Assembly: GCA_963841435.1 (NCBI GenBank)
Contig: CAWJCS010000002.1
Span: forward strand, 992,001 to 1,056,000
Reading direction: 5' to 3'
Source of the DNA: an uncultured delta proteobacterium
GTDB taxonomy: Bacteria > Myxococcota_A > Polyangia > Polyangiales > Polyangiaceae
DNA: 64,000 nucleotides
Shown: positions 57,727 to 64,000 of the stretch, piece by piece
Numbering within the stretch: the first letter of the stretch is position 1
Layout: each line of letters opens with the position of its first letter
The notes under the pieces: model-generated
Told to the model about the DNA's origin: nothing
Seen by the model: the letters and a program-made list of their open reading frames with translations, nothing else
Database searches by the model: none
Made by a program: the position numbers and the translations under genes

Positions 57727-59324
57727 CGGCCGGCCCCTCGCCGCGCACCGGGACGAAGCTCAGCACGTTGGCAAAGGCAAACGTGAAGCCTCCCGCGCTC
57801 GTATCCGCGCGAAAGCCGAGGTTCGCCGTGAGATCGACCGGGATGCGCGCGGCGCCGGAATAGCCCGTCGGCGGTCTGGAGACGGTGCGGTCGTCCGCGA
57901 GCCCGTAGATGCCGAAGGCGCCGAAGAAGTCGATGCCGTAGATCGAGCGGCGCCCGCGGTAGAGCGGAACGCGATATTCGCCCTCGAGCTTGAGCGCGTA
58001 CGTGCCGTAGCGCTCCTCGACGATCTCGGTGCCCAGGAAGTTCGGCGGCGGCCGCCGGTCGAAGTTCATGCCGAGCAGGCGGTCGGGCAGGAAATCCGTC
58101 AGATCACCGACGTAGAACTGCTCGAAGAACGGCGCGTTGCCCGCGATGGCGCCGCCGTACGCCTCGAGCTCGACGACGTGACGTCCCCACGGCAGGGGCC
58201 ACCAGTGCGACGCCCTGAGCTCGATCTTCTGGAAGTCGTAGTCGAGCGCCGTGGGCAATACGGAGAACTCGCCGTCGAGCACGATGAGCCAGCCACGCGT
58301 CGGCAGAAACGGGTGGTCGCGTGTGTCGTGCTGCAAGCTGCCGCGCACGGTGGCGAGGAAGCTCTGCCCGCGGATGATGTCGAAGTTGATCGGTTCGCGA
58401 TCGAAGCCGCGCAGGTGCGACGCCTCGAGCGGGTAGCGTGCATCGATGGTCTCGAGGCGCAGGTGCAGCCAGCCCTGCGTCGAGACCGAGAGGTCGCGCC
58501 CGAGGCCGAGCGAGCCGCCGAAGCGTTTGTAGGCGACGACGGCGTAATCCGAGAGCGGCAGCGTGCTGCCCGGATCGGCGGGCCTTACCACGGAGTTGCC
58601 GAAATAATCGTGGGCGTCGTTGTAGAGCAGCGTGCCGGCGACCATCCACGACGTGCCGAAGAACGTCGGGTCGAGGAAGCGCGCCCGGAGCGCGAGCTGG
58701 TTCTGCGCTCCGGCAACCGCGCCGCCGAGCGTGATGCCCGTGCCTGCGAGGTTCGTCTCCGCGGCGCTGATGCCGGCGTAGGCCGTGAGGGGCCGGGCCT
58801 TGCCGTTCACGTCGGCGTCGGCGGTCAGTCCCATCGCCACCTCGTTGAGCACGATGGTGTTGCGCTCGACGACCTCGACGACGAGCACGACGCGCCCGCG
58901 CGAGGACCCCTTCTCGAGCGAGAGCTCGAACGTCGCGGAAGAACCCCGTGCCGAGCAGGCGGTAGCGGGCCAGCACGAAGGCCGAATCGTTGACGTCGAT
59001 CAGGTCGCCGCGCCGGAACGGGACGTAGCGAAGCACGACGCGAGCGGCCGTGCGCGTGTTGCCGCGCACGACGACGTCCTCGAGTGTGTAGCGGACGGGC
59101 GCGAAGTCGTCCCTCGCGCTCTCCCCGGGCGGAGGCGTCGCCGCACGGGGCCGCGGGGGTGTCGGCACGCCTTTTGGCGTGGCGGGCCCGGGCTCGCCCG
59201 TGCCCCACGTGTCGAGCGGCGCTGTCGCCTGCGGGGTCTCGGCGAGCGCCGTGCTCGAGAGCAGGAAGAAGAGCAGATGGAGCGGCCGTGCTCGCACGCT
59301 CGACGGCCGGTGCCCCACTCCCAT
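57719..59324 (-). CDS. Omp85 (BamA/TamA) family protein with a single POTRA; 1-bp frameshift at ~58930
   Basis: POTRA VRGNTRT...LLGTGFFRDV(ELSLEKG..VVLVVEVVER); barrel ETNLAGTG, DTRDHPFLPTRG, PFFEQFYVG, EYRVPL. Confidence 0.85.
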
Positions 59325-59327
59325 TCG

Positions 59328-60881
59328 CTACCCGTGCACCCTGAGGCCGGGTGGGACGCGCTCGAAGGCGTCCGCGAGCGTGACGAGGCGCTCCGCGAGA
59401 GGCCCGGTGAATGCGCCGCGTGGAGCTCGGAAGCGCCAGTTGCCGGTCGCCGTCCCCGGCACGTTCATACGCGCTTCGCTGCCGAGACCGAGGACGTCCT
59501 GCAGAGGGACGATCGTCGTGTTGGCCGGCGAGGCGAGCAGTGTGCGGAACAAATCCCAGTGCGGGGAGTCGCCGCTGCCGCCGGCGTAAATCAGGGCGCG
59601 GTCACGTTCGGCGCGTAGCACCTGAGCTCGCAAGGGATCGGGCTCACGCTCCGCGGACGACAGCCAGCCGACGAGTGTGTCGTTGTCGTGCGTACCGGTG
59701 TAGGCCACCACGCGTCGAGGATAGCGGTGCGGCTGGTAGTCGCGGAAGTTCTCGGCGAAGGCGAAGGCAAGAATCCGCATTCCGGGCAGATCGAACTGCT
59801 CCCTGAGGCGCACCACGCCCTCGGTGACCACGCCGAGGTCCTCCGCCACGAACGGCAGGCGACCGAGACGCTGCAAAAGCAGCTGGAACAACTCGTGGCC
59901 AGGCCCCTCGACGAAGCAGCCCTCCTTGGCCGATTGCGCATCTTCCGGCACTTCCCAGTAGCGGTGAAAGCCGATGAAATGGTCGAGCCTGACGGCATCG
60001 AAGCGCTCGAGCGTCCGGGCGAGTCGAGCGACCCACCACGCGTACCCCGACTCGCGCATCACGGGCCAGTCGTAGACCGGGTTGCCCCAGAGCTGACCGT
60101 CGGCACTGAAGTAGTCGGGGGGCACGCCGGCGAGGGCGGCGCGCTCGCCGTCCTCGCGCAGCCGGAACAGCTTCTGGTGGGTCCACACGTCGACGGAGTC
60201 GTGGGCGACGAACATCGGCACGTCGCCGAGCAGTCGCACGCCGAGCGCCGCGGCATGCCCGCGCAGGTCGGTCCACTGGCGAGCGAACTCGCGCTGGACG
60301 AAGATCTCGAACGCGATTTCGTCCGTCAGCTCCTGCTTGGCGCGCTCGAGCGCCAAGGGCTTGCGATGCACGAGCGCCGAGTCCCAGCGTGTCCACGGTA
60401 CGAGGCCGTGCGCTCGGCGCAGCGCCTGGTAGAGCGCGTAATCCGGCAGCCAATCCGCCTGTTCCTGGCGGAACTCGTCGAGCGCTCTCGCGGCGTCCGG
60501 CCTCGTGCGGTAGCGCGCGAACGCCTGGCGCAATCGTCGCGCGCGAAAGCGGCCGCTTGCGTTCGGCAACATGGTGCGCGCCGCGCGGAGCCTGCCCGGT
60601 ACGACGAGGTCCTCGGGGTCGAGCAGCCCATCCCGTGCGAGCGTCTCCAGGCTCACGAGCCAGGGGCTGCCGGCGAAGGCGGACGCGCTGTCGTAGGGCG
60701 AGTCGCCGCCACCCGGCGGGGAGACCGGCAGCATTTGCCACCAGCGCTGCCCGGCACGCGCCAAGAATTCCAGAAAACGGTGTGCCGCCGGGCCGAGGTC
60801 TCCGCTCCCGAAGGGGCCGGGCAGGGACGTGACGTGGAGGAGCAGCCCGGTCGAGCGCTCCGCGAAGGCGTCGAGCTCCAT
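59328..60881 (-). CDS. malQ: 4-alpha-glucanotransferase (amylomaltase, GH77)
   Basis: Motifs GLLLHVTSLPG, WQMLP, GDVPMFV, GVPPDYFSADGQLWGNP, RLDHFIGF, AEDLG, YTGTHDNDT, MNVPG..GNW. Confidence 0.97.
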   Translation of the reverse strand: MELDAFAERSTGLLLHVTSLPGPFGSGDLGPAAHRFLEFLARAGQRWWQMLPVSPPGGGDSPYDSASAFAGSPWLVSLETLARDGLLDPEDLVVPGRLRAARTMLPNASGRFRARRLRQAFARYRTRPDAARALDEFRQEQADWLPDYALYQALRRAHGLVPWTRWDSALVHRKPLALERAKQELTDEIAFEIFVQREFARQWTDLRGHAAALGVRLLGDVPMFVAHDSVDVWTHQKLFRLREDGERAALAGVPPDYFSADGQLWGNPVYDWPVMRESGYAWWVARLARTLERFDAVRLDHFIGFHRYWEVPEDAQSAKEGCFVEGPGHELFQLLLQRLGRLPFVAEDLGVVTEGVVRLREQFDLPGMRILAFAFAENFRDYQPHRYPRRVVAYTGTHDNDTLVGWLSSAEREPDPLRAQVLRAERDRALIYAGGSGDSPHWDLFRTLLASPANTTIVPLQDVLGLGSEARMNVPGTATGNWRFRAPRGAFTGPLAERLVTLADAFERVPPGLRVHG

Positions 60882-61813
60882 CAGGGCTCTCCTTGAACCT
60901 TCTTTTCTCGCAGGAGCGAGAGCGTGATCGCGGCGGCGAGGACGCCGCCGATCACCGCCAAAGAAAGCGTCAACGTGAGCGTCACCCAGGGTGAGGCCAC
61001 CATCTTGGCACCGATGAAGATCAAGATCAGGGCGAGACCCGTTCCGAGGTAGTGGAATCGGCTCATCATCCCCGACAGCACGAAGTAGAGGGCTCTGAGA
61101 CCCAGAATGGCCATGACGTTCGATGTGTAGATCACGAACACGTCGTTCGAAATCGCGAGCACGGCCGGAACCGAGTCTACCGCGAACAAGAGATCCGTGA
61201 ATTCGACCACGATCAGGACCAGAAACAGCGGTGTCGCGTAACGGACACCGTCCTTTTTCACGAAGAAGCTGTTGCCGTGCATCTCCTTCGTGGTGCGGAG
61301 GTAGCGGCGCGAGAGTCGGAGCGCGAGGTTGCCTTCGGGGTCAACCTCCTCTTCCTTGCGGAAGAGCAGGCGTGCGCCCGTGAACAAGAGGAACGCGCCG
61401 AACACGAAACCCATCCAGTGGAAGCGGTTCAAAAGGGCCGCGCCGAGCACGATGAAGAGGCCCCGCATCACGATCGCCCCCAGGATGCCCCAAACGAGCA
61501 CGCGCTGTTGCTGCACCTCCGTGACGCGGAAATAGGTGAACAGCACGAGGAACACGAACAGGTTGTCGACGGAGAGCGACTCCTCGACGACGTAGGCGAG
61601 CAGGTAGGTGACCGCCGCGTCGAGGCTCTCGCGGGCGTAGACGTAGACGCTGAAGGAAAGCCCCACGAACACGAAGAAGACGCTGCGAATCGACGCCTCG
61701 CGGAAGGACACGTGCGCCTTGGGCCGTCCGAAGACCAGCCGATCGAAGGTCAGGGAGAGCAGCACGATGGCGCCGAACACGGCCCAGTCGATGGGGCTCA
61801 CCTTGCCTGTCAT
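60881..61813 (-). CDS. TerC/Alx family membrane protein
   Basis: Motifs EESLSVDNLFVF, WGILGAIVMRG, TDLLFAVDSVPA, SNVMAILGLRALYF. Confidence 0.95.
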   Translation of the reverse strand: MTGKVSPIDWAVFGAIVLLSLTFDRLVFGRPKAHVSFREASIRSVFFVFVGLSFSVYVYARESLDAAVTYLLAYVVEESLSVDNLFVFLVLFTYFRVTEVQQQRVLVWGILGAIVMRGLFIVLGAALLNRFHWMGFVFGAFLLFTGARLLFRKEEEVDPEGNLALRLSRRYLRTTKEMHGNSFFVKKDGVRYATPLFLVLIVVEFTDLLFAVDSVPAVLAISNDVFVIYTSNVMAILGLRALYFVLSGMMSRFHYLGTGLALILIFIGAKMVASPWVTLTLTLSLAVIGGVLAAAITLSLLREKKVQGEP

Positions 61814-61862
61814 CGCACGCCTCGTATCATGGCGTGTTGGCGCGTGCTATACGGCGAGAACC

Positions 61863-62477
61863 GTGAAGCGGGTCATCGTATTCATCGTCCTAACCTGTGC
61901 GGCATGCAAGAAGACGCCGGAGCCTGCCGGGTCCGGCTCACCGCTCTTGCCTTCGCCCGCGCCCGTCTCGAGCGCTGCGACACCTGCGCCGACACCAACC
62001 GCGACCAAGGCCTTGCCCGAGGTCGAAATCACCTGGGTCGATCCTCCGACCTGGAAGCGCGCGAAGAACGCGAGCCCGATGCGCAAGGCCACCTACCTCG
62101 TGCCGCGCGTCGCCGGCGACAGCGAGGACGCCGAGCTCGGCGTGTTCTACTTCGGCCCGGGACAAGGCGGCGGCATCGACGCGAACGTCGAGCGCTGGGT
62201 CAAGCAGTTTACCGACGTGCCGCCCGATCGCGTCAAACGCGAGGATCGCAAGGCGAACGATCTGCTCGCGCACCTGGTCGAGATCGACTCGGGCACCTTC
62301 AATGCGAACGTGATGGCGCAGGGTCCCAAGAAGCTCAAGAAGGACCATGCGCTGCTCGGGGCCATCGTGGAGGCGCCGAGCGGCGCCTACTTCTTCAAGC
62401 TCACGGGCCCGAAGGCGACGGTGAAGGCGGCAAAGAAGCCTTTCCTCGCGCTGCTCGACAGCGTGAAGGCAAGCTAG
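61863..62477 (+). CDS. Hypothetical lipoprotein
   Basis: Lipobox CAAC; SPMRKATY, GGGIDANVERWVKQF, FFKLTGP. Confidence 0.75.
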   Translation: MKRVIVFIVLTCAACKKTPEPAGSGSPLLPSPAPVSSAATPAPTPTATKALPEVEITWVDPPTWKRAKNASPMRKATYLVPRVAGDSEDAELGVFYFGPGQGGGIDANVERWVKQFTDVPPDRVKREDRKANDLLAHLVEIDSGTFNANVMAQGPKKLKKDHALLGAIVEAPSGAYFFKLTGPKATVKAAKKPFLALLDSVKAS

Positions 62478-62507
62478 CGTCCAGGTAGGGCCAGCAGGCT
62501 CGGCCCG

Positions 62508-64000
62508 CTAGAGCGGAACGAGCACCGAGCGGACGCCGATCGTGGCGATGGCGACGCCGACGCGCGGCCCGTCGAGCGTGAACGGCAGCCGCCGCGTCGT
62601 GCCGGCGACCGTGATCGTGAGCTCACCGCTCGCTCGTCCACCCGCGCCGCCCCGCACGACCTCGACCACGTACTGTCCTGGCTTTCCGCCCGAAAGCGCG
62701 AGGCCCTCGCTCGACATGCTCGTCACGTCCCGGGCGCTGATGAGCCCCCGCGTCGGCGCGCCCAACCACGAAACGCGCCGGCCGTCGGGATCGATGAGTG
62801 CGAGGTCGACGTCGGCGCCGCCGCTCCAACTCGCCTCGACGCGCAGATCGCCCTTGAGGGCGCGTTCGTCGGGCGCCGGTTGCTCGAGCAGCTTGCTCGC
62901 GGCGTCCGCCGTCTTCGCGTCGGCGTTGCCCATGAGCTCGCCGGCGGCGGCGCCGTCGCCCGTTTCGCGTGCGCAGCGTACGGCCTCGGCGAGCAACCGG
63001 GCGTCGCTCGGGCGCAGCTCGGCGATGGCGATGCTGTGGCGGCAGCCGAGCGCCGGGCGTCCGCGCCAGCGCTCGAGCCGCGCAAGCCGCTTCTGCGCGG
63101 CGACGTCGTCAGGTCGCACGTCGATGACGCTGCCGAGCACCCGGAGAGCGCGCGCGCGGTCGCCACCCGCGGCGAGCGCATCGGCGCGGGCCGTGATCGC
63201 TTCGGGGTCGAGCGGCTCCTTTTCCGACCAGCGCTCGGCGAGCGACAGCGCCCGCTCGGCGCCACCGCCCTGGAGCGTCAGAATGAACAGCCGCTTGAGC
63301 GCCTCGCGCCGGTTCGGGTCGCGGTCGAGCGCTTGCTCGGCTTCTGCGATGGCGCTCGGGCTGGCCGCCTTGGGTGTGCTCGCGTTCGCGTCGACGGTGC
63401 CGAAGCGACGCCAGACCTTGCGCATCGGCACGAGGCGGCGCCGTGGCGGCGGTGGATCGTCGGGCACGAGCAGCGCGTCGCGATCGACGGGCCTTGCTTC
63501 CTTCTTGTCAGCGGCCTTCTCCGCGGCCGGTGCGGGTGCGGGTCCCGCCGTGGCAGCCGCCCTCGGGGCCGACGCGGGCGCGGACCGGAGGGGCTCCGCG
63601 GCGCGGCCGCTGCTCGCCTTGCTCGCGGCACCGCTCGGACCGAAGCTGCCGACACCGCTGGCGCCGAGCGAGGCGAGCCCAGACGAAGCCTCGGAGGCGT
63701 CGTCGTCGGCGCCCACGTCCAAAAGCCCGTCGGCGCTCCCTTCCTCGGCTTCTTCCTCGCCCGTGAACCTGGCTGCGGGTCCTGCGTTATCGAGCCCGAA
63801 GGCGCGGAACATCGCCTCGCTCTCGAGCACGAGCAACGACGTGTAGCGGCTTGCCACGGCGAAGCGGCTCGATAGCGCGACCGCTTCCTTCTTCGCGGCG
63901 TCGCTGCCGTCGCGCTCGAGGTCGGCGATGCGCGCGGCGGCGTAGAGCCGCGGCACGAAGGCGTTGCCGCGCGCGTCACTCGCGGAAAGCTCGAGCGGAT
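62508..64000 (-). CDS. C-terminal part of a large VIT/vWA-type protein with TPR and YfaP/DUF2135-like domain; starts beyond the window
   Basis: PRLYAAARI...ALSSRFAVASRYTSLLVLE (post-vWA motif), TPR-like helices, LRVEASWSGGADVDLALIDPDG. Confidence 0.7.
   Translation of the reverse strand, partial: PLELSASDARGNAFVPRLYAAARIADLERDGSDAAKKEAVALSSRFAVASRYTSLLVLESEAMFRAFGLDNAGPAARFTGEEEAEEGSADGLLDVGADDDASEASSGLASLGASGVGSFGPSGAASKASSGRAAEPLRSAPASAPRAAATAGPAPAPAAEKAADKKEARPVDRDALLVPDDPPPPRRRLVPMRKVWRRFGTVDANASTPKAASPSAIAEAEQALDRDPNRREALKRLFILTLQGGGAERALSLAERWSEKEPLDPEAITARADALAAGGDRARALRVLGSVIDVRPDDVAAQKRLARLERWRGRPALGCRHSIAIAELRPSDARLLAEAVRCARETGDGAAAGELMGNADAKTADAASKLLEQPAPDERALKGDLRVEASWSGGADVDLALIDPDGRRVSWLGAPTRGLISARDVTSMSSEGLALSGGKPGQYVVEVVRGGAGGRASGELTITVAGTTRRLPFTLDGPRVGVAIATIGVRSVLVPL

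Overview
This is a high-GC, gene-dense bacterial window. Gene content suggests Myxococcota, probably a Polyangiaceae/Sorangium-like lineage (inference from Gly/Cys-rich lipoproteins, a TraB-like OM protein, a Ser/Thr kinase-FHA fusion and a PP2C-cNMP phosphatase). Most of it is core chromosome: dnaK, an RluA-family gene, radC, xseB, murA, hisG, comEA, yjbQ, miaE, an RlmD-like gene, gluQ, greB, malQ and a TerC gene, interspersed with many uncharacterised lipoproteins. The left end carries an amino-sugar/surface-glycan modification cluster and a ~1.2 kb decayed integrase element at the 3' end of tRNA-Ala(CGC). The most notable items not shown by the ORF track are: (1) a candidate ~100-nt sigma54/IHF-driven sRNA with C-rich loops and its own terminator at ~42487-42587; (2) sigma54-type promoters before radC and before an operon of a small ssDNA-binding-like protein plus comEA; (3) a circularly permuted SpoIVB/S55 peptidase paired with a secreted beta-propeller; (4) three frameshifts that all fit TCGAC->TCGAAC, suggesting a motif- or methylation-linked sequencing artefact; (5) a kinase-FHA-degenerate GGDEF fusion. 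No CRISPR array, rRNA or intact IS element was seen. All calls come from reading motifs by eye; no searches were run.
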